Shown one piece after another: positions 12,379-25,626 of a DNA stretch of 64,000 nt. The stretch is taken from positions 30,504,001-30,568,000 of the forward strand of contig OX597825.1 in assembly GCA_951406725.2 (NCBI GenBank), given 5' to 3'. Numbering within the stretch: position 1 is the stretch's first letter; the number at the start of each line of letters is the position of its first letter. This DNA comes from Octopus vulgaris (taxonomy: Eukaryota). Below the pieces are notes generated by a model. It was given only the letters and a program-made list of their open reading frames with translations. It did not search any database and was not told where the DNA came from. A program made the position numbers and the translations under genes.

Positions 12379-13290
12379 CATCATCATCATCATCATTTAA
12401 CGTCCGCTCTCCATGCTAGCATGGGTTGGACGGTTCAACTGGTGTCTGGGGAGCCCGAAGGCTGCACCAGGCCAGTCAGATCTGGCAGTTTTCTACAGCT
12501 GGATGCCCTTCCTAACGCCAACCACTCCGAGAGTGTAGTGGGTGATTTTATGTGCCACCGACACAGGTGCCAGACGAGGCTGGCGAATGGCCACGCTCGG
12601 ATGGTGTTTTTATGTGCCACCGACACAGGTGCCAGACAAGGCTGGCAGACGACCACGCTCGGATGGTGTTTTTATGTGCCACCGACACAGGTGCCAGACG
12701 AGGCTGGCGAACGGCCACGCTCGGATGGTGTTTTTATGTGCCACCGACACAGGTGCCAGACAAGGCTGGCAGACGACCACGCTCGGATGGTGTTTTTATG
12801 TGCCACCGACACAGGTGCCAGACGAGGCTGGCGAACGGCCACGCTCGGATGGTGTTTTTATGTGCCACCGACACAGGTGCCAGACAAGGCTAGCAGACGA
12901 CCACGCTCGGATGGTGTTTTTTATGTGCCACCGACACAGGTGCCAGACGAGGCTGGCGAACGGCCACGCTCAGGATGGTGTTTTTATGTGCCACCGACAC
13001 AGGTGCCAGACAAGGCTGGCAGATGACCACGCTCGGATGGTGTTTTTATGTGCCACCGACACAGGTGCCAGACGAGGCTGGCGAACGGCCACGCTCGGAT
13101 GGTGTTTTTATGTGCCACCAACACAGGTGCCAGACAAGGCTAGCAGACGACCACGCTCGGATGGTGTTTTTTTTTTATGTGCCACCGACACAGGTGCCAG
13201 ACGAGGCTGGCGAACGGCCACGCTCGGATGGTGTTTTTATGTGCCACCGACACAGGTGCCAGACAAGGCTAGCAGACGACCATGCTCGGA
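12378..13290 (-). mobile_element. RTE 3' terminus with expanded 3' UTR tandem array
   Basis: (CAT)n, ttaacgtccgctctccatgctagc..., ggatgcccttcctaacgccaaccactcc, then the array. Confidence 0.9.
12539..13290. repeat. 12 x ~62-bp tandem units in strict A/B alternation (124-bp higher-order repeat)
   Basis: Unit starts 12539, 12601, 12663, 12725, 12787, 12849, 12911, 12975, 13037, 13099, 13161, 13228; A has gacgaggctggcgaa, B has gacaaggct(g/a)gcaga. Confidence 0.95.
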
Positions 13291-13782
13291 TTATTATTAT
13301 TGTTATTAGTATTATGATCATCATCATCATCATTATCATCTCTCCGAACATATGTTTTTCAGAGTTAATATTTCAGATAAAAATATAGAAACTGGAAAGT
13401 TTACTATTCTCACTTAATATCTTGTGTGGATTAAGCGGGGTGGTAGGGAAATGATTGATTATATATGAACACAGCCTAAACGATCTACTAAATTACAATA
13501 TTTAATAAGCACTCTCATTTGTTAATGTCTGCTTTGATAGAGATTAAAAAATATATTTTCATTTATCTCTGGAACTGTTCTATAAATTTGTACCATTAAT
13601 GTCAAGCCATCAAAAGTGGAGTCCTTTTTAATCCAAGTTATTTAGACTCAGCTTTATATTTCTTTGATGGATTTCACAAGAAGTCCCAGAAATTTGGCAT
13701 TTTCTGGATATTAGTGCAAGATTAACTGAATGACGAGTGTTAGACAAAATGCCAGATGCATTTATTTACATCCTGTATCTTG

Positions 13783-14335
13783 TACTTGTCTCAGTCATTG
13801 GACTGCAGCCATGCTTGAGCACTGCCTCAAAGGGTCTAGTCCAACAAATCAACCCCTGTAGTTACAATTTGTTTTCAAGTCTGGTACTTAATCTATCAGT
13901 CACCTTTGCTAAATTGATAAGTTATGTATAGGTAAACAAACCAGTTTTTTGTTCCTTCTCAAGCCATGCCTACCTCATAAGGGCCGGTTTTCTGGTTTCC
14001 TTCACGTATAGGTTCCCCACCTGGATGGGACGCCAGTCCATCGCAGGTGAGCTGCAATATGCAGGAGGGAAGAGTGAGAGAATGTTGTGGCGAAAGAGTC
14101 AGCAGAAGTTCGCCATTACCTTCTGCTGGAGCCACGTGGAGTTTAGGTGTTTCGCTCATAAACACACACATCGCCGAGTCTGAGATTTAAAACCAAAATC
14201 CCTCAACCACAAGTCCGCTGCTCTAACTACTAGGCCATGTGCCTCCACAAACAAGCCAGTACAATTCACCAAAACGAAGTAGGGGACAAACACATACATG
14301 CACACACACACACACACACACATGAGATGGGTTTC
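13783..14335 (-). mobile_element. Old SINE A split by a SINE B insertion
   Basis: A tail 13783-13945 resumes at 14249; TSD-like aaacaaaccagt (13934-13945) / aaacaagccagt (14249-14260). Confidence 0.75.
13958..14248 (-). mobile_element. SINE group B (B1-like head + tail T2)
   Basis: Head/body homologous to 4720-4910; tail (ccccacctggatgggacgccagtccatcg) homologous to 18181-18260. Confidence 0.85.
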
Positions 14336-14340
14336 CATTG

Positions 14341-14820
14341 ATCCCAGTGCTCAGCTGCTATCTATTTTATCAACCCTGAAAGGAAAAAAAATTGAATCAA
14401 CCTCAGCAGAATTTGAACTCAAAATATAAAAACTTATAAAATGCTGCTAAGAATTTCATGCAGCCTGATGATGATCTTGCCAGTTCAATGCCTCAGTAAT
14501 CTTAATAATGGTTTCAAATTTTGGCACAAGGCCAGCAACATCAATGGAGTGGGTAAATTGATTGCATCAACCCCAATGCCCAACTGATAATTAAAAGGAT
14601 GTAAGGCAAAGTCGACCTTGGTAGGTTTTGAACTCAGAACATAAAGATGGACGAAATGCCTGAAATTTAGGAGGGGTTAAGTCAATGACATCGACCCCAG
14701 TACTCAACTGGTACTTAATTTATCGACCTTGAAAGGATGAAAGGTAAAGACGACCTCAGTGGAGTTTGAACTTAGAACATAACGATGGGCAAAATACTGC
14801 TAAGCATTTCATCCATTGTT
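14341..14820 (-). mobile_element. Cluster of three degenerate SINE C variants
   Basis: Repeated cccagt..caactg..aaaggatgaaaggcaaagtcgacct..tttgaactcagaac blocks. Confidence 0.75.
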
Positions 14821-16024
14821 CTAATAATAATAATAATAGCTATAAAAATGATTTAATAAATAATTACTGTATGCTCCTACTGAAAACTTAACTTGAGCAC
14901 TGTATCTCACACTGCCTTATACAGTAAGTTTATCTCTACGTAGTGTCAAAATTTAAGCATTAGACATAATACATTAAATTCATGTTCTGATATAGGCCTT
15001 TCTTGATATAAATGCTTGTACCACATTGCCCCTTTAATATATGTTGACCACAAGTTTTTTTTTTTTCTTCTTTCTCACATATTTCAAATAGTCTCAGATA
15101 GCGAAAAGCAAAAATGCTATTTTTCTCAAAAAAAACAAAACAAGTTTTGTTCTTTTTATAAAACCAAATATGAAATCTGTTTGTGTAGGTAGTTACTCTA
15201 TTTTTCTAGCTTCCTTTGTTTTTGTTTTGTTTTTTTTTTGTTTTTTTTTTGCTTCATTATTTTCTGAAATATAATTATATCCTTGAAATGTGTTAATGTC
15301 AGCTGATTATTTTTGAGATTGTGTCGCAATGGTACTTCATTTCATTGAATTATTCTGTCAGTTATTTTCATACTTATTTATGTTCTTGCTTTTGTCTATG
15401 TCTGGTTCTTTAATAGCCAACCACTCTTGAAGGAAGACTTTTGACATCAGAAAAAAAGTACTTTTATTAAACTATTTTGGCCACCCACCCCAAGACAATA
15501 ATTCAAGTCACAGAGGTATCTAATTAAAGGTAATGAATCTATTGTTATATATACGCCTGTGTGTGTGTGTGTCTATATTTACAAGGATAGATACATATAC
15601 TTACACACATATATGTATGTATGTGTGTATAGATGTATGTATATTTGTGTGTGTGTATGATGTATGTATGTGTTTATGTATCTATCTATCTATGTATCTA
15701 TGTGCACACTTAAACTTTATACCTGGAAGGTATATTTTGTTAATTTCATCTCCCCAGGAAAGAAATGTCACCATATGGTTGGTGATGAACTTCTGTCAGA
15801 AAGTCTGTAGAAATATTAAAAATGTATATTCAAAATTATTAAAACATATGGTAACTTGAATAAAAGAAGCTGTTATCTAACTCCAAGTTAAAGATAAGCT
15901 GATAGAATTATTAGAAGCATCAGGAAAATGGCTTTCTTTTGGCTCTTTGGAATCTGTATTCAATTCTCACTATTTCTCACAACTCCTCGCCATTTCAAAC
16001 TCTGTCATCATTAACATCTTTACC

Positions 16025-16620
16025 ATCAACTTTTAACGCCTGTTTTTCCATGCTGGCATGGGTTGGATGGTTTGACAGGAGGGCGGCGAGCTGGCAGAAA
16101 TGTTAGCACGCCGGGCGAAATGCTTAGCAGTATTTCGTCTGCTGCTTACGCTCTGAGTTCAAATTCCGCCGAGGTCGACTTTGCCTTTCATCCTTACGGG
16201 GTCGATAAATTAAGTACCAGTTACACACTGGGGTCGATATAATCGACTTAATCCGTTCGTCTCTCCTTGTGTGTCCTCTCTGTGTTTAGCCCCTTGTGGG
16301 TAGTAACAAAATAGGTTTGACAGGAGCTGGACAGCTAGGGTGCTGTCCAGAATCTAATTGTCTGTACTGGAATGGTTTCTATCACTGAATGCCCTTCCTA
16401 ATGCCAATTACTTCATAGAGGGTATTGAATGCTTTTTATGAGGCACAGGCAAAAGTGTTTTATATGTAGCACCAGCAAGGGTGATATCAACACAGGTACT
16501 CAATACTTGGCACCTACAAGCTATTCCAACACAAGTGGCACCAACACAGGTATTCAATACTTGGCACCAACATGGCTGCCTTTTACATAGCACCCGCACA
16601 GATGTTTTTTATATGGCACC
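16025..16620 (-). mobile_element. Degenerate RTE 3' terminus interrupted by SINE C
   Basis: ccatgctggcatgggttggatggtttgacaggag ... atgcccttcctaatgccaa ... decayed UTR repeats. Confidence 0.8.
16082..16313 (+). mobile_element. Full-length SINE family C with perfect 13-bp TSD
   Basis: TSD ggtttgacaggag at 16069-16081 and 16314-16326; B box gagttcaaattc; central gcctttcatcct..ggggtcgataaattaagtaccag block. Confidence 0.95.
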
Positions 16621-16809
16621 CATTGTTAAAATAAAATTCCAGTCATGTACTCACTGTCAGACTGCAAATCTAGTAAGTTTGAACTTAAATTAGAAGCTGT
16701 ATGTTAGCCTTGATTGAGCATATAAGCAGAAATATAAGCAAAAATATTCCTAAAATGACCATCCTGTATGTTTTTATATTCAGGACATTTTTATCTTTTA
16801 TTTTCTGTC

Positions 16810-17250
16810 TTTTACTTGTTTCAGACATTTGAATGTGGTCATGCTGGGGTACTGGTTTCTAGGGTTTTACTCAAAAATGATTGGCTCCAGTAATTATTCT
16901 TTTAAATCTGGTTTTTATTCTATAATAATAATAATAATATTATTATTATTCTGTTGGTCTCTTTTGCTGAACTGCTAAGTTACAGAGATGTAAACAAACC
17001 AAAACCATTTGTCAAACAGTGATGCCAGAGACAGATACAAGCTCATATATAATATAGAAATAGATATTATATATATGTGTGTGTGTTTGGTTTCCACAGA
17101 TTCTGTCTACCAAATCCACTTACAAGGCACTGGTAGACCTAGAGCTAACATAGAAGACACTTGCTCAAAGTGCAAAACAGTGAGACTGAACTTGAAAACT
17201 CATGGCTTCAAAGCAAGCTTTTCTTAACCACATGGCCACACATGCACCTT
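16810..17250 (-). mobile_element. Degenerate full-length SINE A
   Basis: ttttacttgtttcag ... ctaccaaatccact ... gaagacacttgctcaa. Confidence 0.8.
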
Positions 17251-17737
17251 AGAGGGTAGTACATACACCTATCTAAAATTTCCTTCCGTATTCTTCAAGA
17301 TAGCAAGTTATGATCCAAGAGAGATTTCGTTACTATTTTTAGCAGGTTCAGAAACAACATAGCAGCCTTTCCTAGTTGGTTGACTTGAATGAAACATGAA
17401 AGCATAAGGGAACAATAAAAAGTGGCGTGGTATTAAAGTTATTAGCCAACATTAGCAGAAGAAGCAGCTGTGCTTGTATAGACACTAATGAGAATATACT
17501 GCATCAAATAGATGAAATAAAGATAATTGAAAGTGGAAGATTCTCAGAATTGCTGTAAACAAAATAAGGTAGGGAAAGGAATCTTGAGATTGAATCTGAG
17601 AAATATTGGGGTATTTCTAACATAAAGAAAAAGTGATAGAATGAAAGACATAAAACAAGGATAATGACAAAGACAACAACAACAACAACAACAACAACAA
17701 CAGCAATAATAATAATAATAATAATAATAATGATAAT

Positions 17738-17840
17738 AACTTCCAACATTAACTTCCAACTTGTGGTCTCTTGACGTCTCTGGGAGAGATTTGGAGCCAA
17801 CTTGTACAAATGTAAAGCAAAAGTCAAACGTATAATAATA
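17738..17840 (+). mobile_element. Short 3' end of a Dong-like element in (TAA)n
   Basis: Reverse-complement match to 53420-53510; flanked by TAA/GAT repeats. Confidence 0.75.
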
Positions 17841-17880
<40 letters not shown>

Positions 17881-18136
17881 CGATGACGACGACGACGACG
17901 ATGTGTAAGCATTCAGTGATGACATCAGGATGGGATTTGGTCTTGATAAATGTGCCAAGGCCATTTTCCAGAAAAGGAAATTGAAGACCTCACATTCGGT
18001 GATGCTGGATGTTGACACAGTCATAAAGAACTTGAGGAGGAACAAACTTACAAATACCTCAGAATAAATGAGGGTTCCAGCATTCAGCATGCAAGCATGA
18101 AGGAGAAGATCAGGAAAGAATGTTACAGGAGGGTTT

Positions 18137-18410
18137 TAAAAAATAAATAAATAAATAAATAAATGTGCCCTTTTTTAAAGACTAGCCAGACTCATGGACC
18201 CAGTTTCCCGGTTTCAATGGCGTATGTGTTCCCCAGCTGGACAGGATGCCCGTTCATCGTAATGTTACTCATTTTTTCTAGCTGAGTAGACTGAAACAAC
18301 GTGAAATGAAGTGTTTTGCTCAAGAACACAACACGTCGCCTGGTCCAGGAATCAAAACCACAATCTTACGATCATTGTGCTGACACTCTAACCACTAAGC
18401 CACGACCTCC
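18137..18410 (-). mobile_element. SINE group B (head B2 + tail T2)
   Basis: Head like 1750-1888, tail like 13958-14045; TSD-like acaggagggttt (18125) / acaggagagttt (18416). Confidence 0.87.
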
Positions 18411-18671
18411 TCTAGACAGGAGAGTTTAAGCAGTCCTAAAATCCGAGTTAACTGCATGTAACAAGGTGTTAGCTATAAATTCCTTAGCAATTCCAGTTGT
18501 TATTTATAGTTTCAATGTGTTAAACTGGAATATGAGTGAAATAAGGAAGATTGACTGAAAATTCCGTAAGCTGCTGACTTGACATAAGATGCACCACCCA
18601 AAAGTAGATGCAGATCATTTTTACCTACCCAGAGATCAAGGAGGTCGAGGCATGATCCAATTTGGTTGGTT

Positions 18672-19050
18672 GGCACTCCATCGGTTATGACAACGAGGGT
18701 TCCAGGTGATCCGATCAACGGAACAGCCTGCTCATGAAATTAACGTGCAAGTGGCTGAGCACTCCACAGACACATGTACCCTTAACGTAGTTCTCAGGGA
18801 GATTCAGCATGACACAGAGTGTGACAAGGCTGGCCCTTTGAAATAGAGGTACAACAGAAGCAGAAAGAAAGAGTAAGAGAAAGTTGTGGTAAAAGAGTAC
18901 AGCAGGGTTCATTACCATCCCCTGCTAGAGCCTTGTGGAGCTTTAGATGTTTTTGCTCAATAAACACTCACAACGCCCGGTCTGGAAATCAAAACTGCAA
19001 TCCTAAGACCACGAGTCCACTGCCCTTACCACTAGGCTATTGTGCCTCCT
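18672..19050 (-). mobile_element. SINE group B (head B1 + tail T1)
   Basis: Colinear with 4537-4910; TSD-like ccaatttg / ccagtttg. Confidence 0.92.
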
Positions 19051-19304
19051 CTTTATTAAGGTGCAATAGCCCAGTTTGAAATCTCTTACAAAACCACCAA
19101 AACTGGACTGGCAAAATATATGGAAACATCTAACAGCTGGATGCTAAAGCTTGTTGGAAACCATGAAAGATGTGAAGCACTTCATTCCGTTATGAAGGAG
19201 AGCAAAAAATTTCAAGTGGTGATGGTGGTGGTGGTGGTGGTGGTGATGGTGGTGGCGGTGGTGGTGGTGGTGGTGGCGGTGGTGGTGGTGGCGGTGGTGG
19301 TGGT

Positions 19305-19710
19305 TTCCAATCTTTGCTCAGACCAGAAATCATGGTCAGAGAGAGTTAATTGTTTACATCAAACCCAGTGCTCTGACTGGTACTTACTTTGTCAACCCTA
19401 AACAGATGTATGGCAAAGTTGGTCTTAGCAGGAGTTGAACTCAGATCATAAAACCAGAAGGAATACTGTTAAGATTTTTGTCCAACTCAGAAACAATTCT
19501 GCCAACCCACTGCCTTAAAATCTTCCTAACCTTGGTACAAGGCCAGTGCTTTTTGAGGGAAGGGAAAGTCAGTTACATCAACCCCAGTATTCAACTGGTA
19601 CTTATTTTAATGACCCGGAATGGATGTATGGTAACATCAACCTCAGTGGAATTTGATCTTAGAATGTAAAAATGGACAAAATGCCATTAAGCGTTTTGCC
19701 CAGCCTGCTA
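19305..19710 (-). mobile_element. Two degenerate SINE C variants
   Basis: ccagtgctctgactggtactta and ccccagtattcaactggtacttatt blocks, each followed by the reverse of a B-box. Confidence 0.65.
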
Positions 19711-20429
19711 AATCATATTGACGTTTTTCCTCTTCAAATTAAGAATAAAATCACTATTGTTAAGAGTGACTAAATAAGACTAGATATTCCAAGGAAAATT
19801 AATTCTCTTAAGACAGTTAATGATATCTTAGGTTCATTGCCTAAATAAAAGACATTGTAGAACATAAGAGATACTAATCTAAAATTACTAATTAGGATTA
19901 AAACAGCTTTTTCACATTAACAATAGAATCTTATGAATATATTTTAATTAACAGCTACACATAGAATTAATATATTTTAATTAACAGTTACACATAGGAA
20001 TTAAATAACCAAATACTTTTCAAGTATTAAAGCCTTTTATCTTCTTAATTCAATAGATATTCTTTAGGAAAAGAAAATGAAAGTTATATTTTATTTAGAG
20101 CTGCTGTTGGCTTAAGTATTTTTTTCTTATTGACTTAAGTTGGCTTAAGTATTTTCTTCTTATTTATATTTTATATAGATGAGCAAAGACAAGAAAGAAC
20201 ACAAGAGGGGCAAGATATAACAGAGATGCTGTTAGTCTAATGCTTGAAAGGCAAAGGATGAGGTCTTTAAGATTTTGGATGCTTGTCTTACATCAGGAAA
20301 AGAAAAGTAGGAAGAAAGGTTGTAGAAAGAAGGGAAGAAAAAAAAAGAGGTTTAAGGGCCAGGTAGAAATATAGTTCAGTGGAGAGGAGTTTGGAAGATA
20401 AGGTGTGGTGCTGTGTTGTGTGCATATTT

Positions 20430-20644
20430 GAGGGGGTGCTGAAAATTTCTTGACTTTAAGGATATCACGAAAAGCCTGGCTGGAGGCCCAAACTTTTGAG
20501 TTCTTTTTTCAGAGCTTAGAAAAACTCAAGGACAGCTGCAATAAGTGTGTGGATCTGAGAGGGAAATATGTTGAATTAAGTCATAATTTACTGACCCCCC
20601 TGTATTTTCTATTACCCAAAGCCAGGAACTCTTTGGCACCCCCT
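20430..20644 (+). mobile_element. Mariner-derived MITE retaining the transposase C-terminus
   Basis: TIRs gagggggtgctgaaaatttcttgacttt / aaagccaggaactctttggcaccccct; FFQSLEKLKDSCNKCVDLRGKYVE. Confidence 0.8.
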
Positions 20645-21019
20645 AATATAGGAGGATATCTATGCAAGGAGATGGGTTTAGTGGGAGATGTGAGAATGGT
20701 GTGGGGTGCAAGGGGTTAATAATTTTTCCTGCTCACATACACTTGTTGTATCTACAATCCCTACTTTATTCTTTATATCTGCTCTTTCTTCTCAAGGACG
20801 TCAATCCTCTGGAAGTGTCTTTCTTCTGATTTCTTTCCTGCAGGCATTGACTTACAACAGTTTAAACGGAGCATTGATTTCACTAGTCCCTGAGGGCCAG
20901 CTTATAAAGTTCATTGACATGACACCTTCCACCAGATCCAACAAAGTTATTAAGAATTTTCTCAGTTAAAACACTGGTCCTACTAAAAACTATAGAAAAT
21001 CATATTTGAAAGAATAATT

Positions 21020-21220
21020 TCAATTTTTGGTAGAGGGACTGCAGTTTTGGGGGGAAGGGGGAAGTCAATTATATCAACCCCAGTGCACAACTGGTAATTA
21101 TTGTATCAACCGCAAAAGGATGAAATGCAAAGACAACCTCAGTAGAATTTGAACTGGGGACATAAAGACAGGCAAAATTCTGTTAAGCATTTCTTCTGGT
21201 GTGCAAACAATTCTGCCAGT
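21020..21220 (-). mobile_element. Degenerate SINE C variant
   Basis: aaccccagtgcacaactggta...aaaaggatgaaatgcaaag...gaatttgaact. Confidence 0.7.
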
Positions 21221-21882
21221 TCTATAGGGATCCATATCACTCATACTTGTCTTCAGTGCCAGGAGTATCAATTCATATTGAAGAGAGTAACATCTTCCGA
21301 TGGAGCATTTGAACAATGTACTACAGATAAAAGAAATACTTATCAACTCTTGTAGTGCTGTTCACAAGCAAAATGGCATCATTTGTCCTCATTGAAATGG
21401 AATTAACAAAATATACTTTCCATTTATGAAATATAAATAAATATATCTAACAATAGATTCATTCAATATATCTAATAATAGATTCATTAAGTATAGCCAT
21501 GACTTTGATAATTAGCTTTGATTGAGTGGGAAACTAGGTTAATAAAAGTACACTTTTGATGTCAAGTCTTCAAGAATGGCTATTAAAGAACCAGATATGT
21601 TTTGAATTACACCATCTTCATAAGCAACTGAGAAGAGTCAATGTGGGTGCCTTTACACAGTCATCAAATATCCTAGTAATAGCAGTTAAATCTCTTTCAA
21701 ATATACATCTACTTCTTTAAATGAGGAAAGATTCATTAGATACACTGTATTTGGGATACAAAATGGTGGCAGTGAAGCAAGGGTACCCGTAATTAGTAGG
21801 TGTGCACAAAAACACCAGCTCTTGTTTATAGGAATCAGCAAACAAATTAATTGCAGATGTGTACTGATATCTTCCAAACAGA

Positions 21883-22383
<501 letters not shown>

Positions 22384-22655
22384 TGGTAGATGGAAACTGA
22401 AAGAAGCCCATCGTATATTTGTCTATATATATGTATGTGTGTCTGTGTTTATCCCCCTCCCCCACAACATCGTTTGACAACCGATGCTGGTGTGTTTACG
22501 TCCCTGTAACTTAGTGGTTCAGCTAAAGAGATTGATTGAATAAGTACTAGGCTTACAAAGAATAAGTCCTGGGAGTCAATTTGCTCGACTAAAGGCGGTG
22601 CTCTAGCATGGCCACAGTCAAATGACTGAAACAAGTAAAAGAAACGAATAAAAGA
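22384..22655 (+). mobile_element. 5'-truncated SINE A
   Basis: tggtagatggaaactgaaagaagcc through gactgaaacaagtaaaag. Confidence 0.92.
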
Positions 22656-24191
22656 AATTCAAAAACCAGAGTCAGTCTGGGGTGGAAAGAGTTGGTATCA
22701 AAAGGTAAACATCGTGTTTATTTACAAAAATAGCAAACAATAACACTTAACACAAATTTTCTTTCTAACCATATGTGCATCCGCACACACGCACACATGC
22801 ATGCACACACATTCACACACACTTATACACACACACACACATGCATGCATGCGTACACATTCGCACACACTTATACACGCATGCACAAACACATTCAAAA
22901 CAAAGAGACTTTCTGTTATTCCTAACTTTTAACTCTTCTTAATCTCAACGTTAAGATTTTAAAGTATCATTGTCAACCCATGACCTTTTCCATGGGTCCT
23001 GTATCCTGTTATTGCCCAACGAAAGTGTCAATTTTTATTTTTTTTCCTTCAATGTATCATATTGGAAGTTCTAAATTTATCATATTTATTAAAAGAAAAA
23101 CTTTAAAAATTGTTATTTTACTAATATTTCTTGAATGACTTTCTTTGCTTTTCAATTTATCATAGATCTACATATGACAGCTGGAGATATGATTGCATCT
23201 AAAACCCATAAGTAAATTAGATAGCTCTGTTAGGATAAGTATTCTACAGAAAACAACTAGAAGCACACAGCTGGCTTTCTTATTCTCTGATGAGAAGTGA
23301 CACATCTCAGCAAATTCGTATCTCACACAATCACACACATACAGTCACATAGATTCCCTGACACTGTGTATGTCAGTGTGTGATTACTCTCTCTTTCTCT
23401 CTCTTGATCTCTCTCTCCCTCTCTCTCTCTCTTTTGATCTCTCTGCACACAACATTGCTAAGCAATTTTAACACTAATTTTCTCTTGCTAGTTTCTCTGT
23501 CACAACTCATGACCTCCTCTTCTTCCTTCTGGAGCTTGGTTTTATTGTAAGTAACTATAATGCATAAATAACAACAAATTCTATAAATGAAAATTCCTAA
23601 ATGTCACTGAGGCCTCTAAGAGGTGCCTTGAGAGTTGTTGCTTAGCTTTGAATTTAATATTGGATTAGAAAATAAATATTTTCTAGGATAACACACCATT
23701 CCCAGTCAGTACTTATTCCTGACAGCTAATTGAACCAAAGCTGAACCAAGCAAGCAAAGAATATTCTACCCTGATACATAATGAAATGCTTGGAGAAGAT
23801 ATGAGTTCCAAAACATGATTGGTAGCCAAATATATTATCCATTAAGCAATCTTATCTGCAGAATGACAGGCGGGTATTTGGGACTATTATTGTCACATCT
23901 CTATAATACAGCCTTCAACTCAATATCATAGAATTCAATCCTTTTTAGGTCTCTTTAAAAAGACATCTATCTTTTGTATTATACCAGAAATCCAGAAAAG
24001 TGTTGAACAAATTAACGAAATATAATACTTGCTGAAGAATTCTAAAGATATGTGTTTGGTTATGTCCTTAGAAGATTCTTTGATATGGGTGTGTGGTTAA
24101 AAAAATTTACTTCAAAACTATGAGGTTTTAGGTTCAGTCCCACAGAGTATCTGAGCCTAGGGCCAATGCTTTGTGCATGAATTTAGAACAC

Positions 24192-24222
<31 letters not shown>

Positions 24223-24662
24223 ACTCACACACACACATTATCCTCAACAATTCATTCACATTCCTTTCTGGCATGGGTTGGACACTTTAACAAAACCTGA
24301 TGAGTCAAAGGACCAAATTGTGCTCCTGTAACTTAATGCAGGCTTGGTTTCTATGGCTAGATGCCCTTCATTATACCAACTACTTTACAAAGTGTCCTGG
24401 GTGCATTTATTATGGCAACAACACTAGCAAGTTTGCTTAGCAACTTGCATGACAAATGGACCTGACGAGAGCCCTCATGGCTGAAAGGTGGGGAGGAGAA
24501 ATAACGAAGGTGTTAAGAACGAAGTTAGAATACAATGAGAGGAACAGATTAATTGTTGGGGTTGAGTTGTAATGAAGAGAGTGACAGGGTAGATACTGTT
24601 GGGGAATGAAGTATGCGAGGGACAGAGGATATGGAGTGGGTTTGTGAAGAGGATGAGAATAA

Positions 24663-24873
24663 TACTCTTACTCTTTACTTTTTTACATGTTTCAGTTATT
24701 TGACTGTGTCCATGCTGGAGCACTGCCTTTTAGTCGAGCAAATCGACCCCAGGGCTTATTCTTTGTAAGCCTAGTACTTATTCTATCAGTCTCTTTTGCT
24801 GAATTGTTAAGTTACAGGGACGTAAACACACCAGCATCGGTTGTCAAGCAATGTTGGGGGGGGTGTCAAACAT

Positions 24874-24922
<49 letters not shown>

Positions 24923-25087
24923 TACGACGGGCTTCTTTCAGTTTCCATCTACCAAATCCACTCACAAGGCTTTGGTCGGTCTGAGGCTATAGTAGAAGAC
25001 ACTTGCTCAAGGTGCCATGCAGTGGGACTGAAACCGGAATCATGTGGTTGGTAAGCAAGATATTTACCACACAGCTACTCCTATGCC
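24663..25087 (-). mobile_element. Full-length SINE A
   Basis: Colinear with 2514-2924. Confidence 0.93.
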
Positions 25088-25094
25088 TTGATGG

Positions 25095-25340
25095 ATCCTT
25101 CCCAAGTCATATAGACCTTTTCGGCCAGTTTCCCAGTTTTTTGTGGTGTAAATATATTCCCCACTGGATGAGGAACCAGTCTTTCACAGGATGACTCACT
25201 TTTGTCAGCTGAGTGGACTGGAGAAATGTGAAATGAAGTGTTTTGCTCAAGAATACAATGCATCGCCCGGTCAAGAATTAAAAACCACAATCTTAGGATC
25301 ATGAGTCCAACACCCTCAACACTAAGCCATGTGCTTCCAT
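25095..25340 (-). mobile_element. Degenerate SINE group B (B2 + T2)
   Basis: cagctgagtggactggag...gaagtgttttgctcaagaa...actaagccatgtgc; tail like 18181-18260. Confidence 0.75.
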
Positions 25341-25577
25341 AGAGAATAGTAGGGTAGCTGGCAGTTTGTGGTGGGGGCCCATTGTCATTCTACATTATGA
25401 AGACAGAATGTGTGGGGAAGACATGGGAGAAAAGGAGCATGAAAGTGAGAAAGAAATAAGCTTGTCAAAAATCAGAAAGGGTTAGAAAAGAAAAAGAGAT
25501 GGGGTAATCACAAGGGATAGAAGATGGAGAGATTAGAGGGCCAATGCTTTGTGTATGAATTTAGAACACCACACAGC

Positions 25578-25626
<49 letters not shown>

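Larger units (their letters stand above)
17902..19216 (+). mobile_element. R4/Dong-like reverse transcriptase fragment split by two SINEs
   Basis: AFSDDIRMGFGLDKCAKA, TYKYLRINE, MKEKIRKECYRRV | KSELTACNKVLAINSLAIPVVIYSF..W, MHHPKVDADHFYLPRDQGGRGMIQ | QFEISYK; stops and frameshifts present. Confidence 0.88.

Noticed and set aside
12539-13290. CRISPR-like regular array and long overlapping ORFs (278 aa, 255 aa)
   Set aside because: No unique spacers (only A/B variants), no cas genes, eukaryotic LINE context; the ORFs are by-products of the repeat.
24297-24320. ctgatgagtcaaaggaccaaa (also ~25709) resembles CUGAUGA-GUC..GAC-GAAA
   Set aside because: CAAA replaces GAAA, no stems I/III, and it lies in a decayed RTE tail; likely chance.
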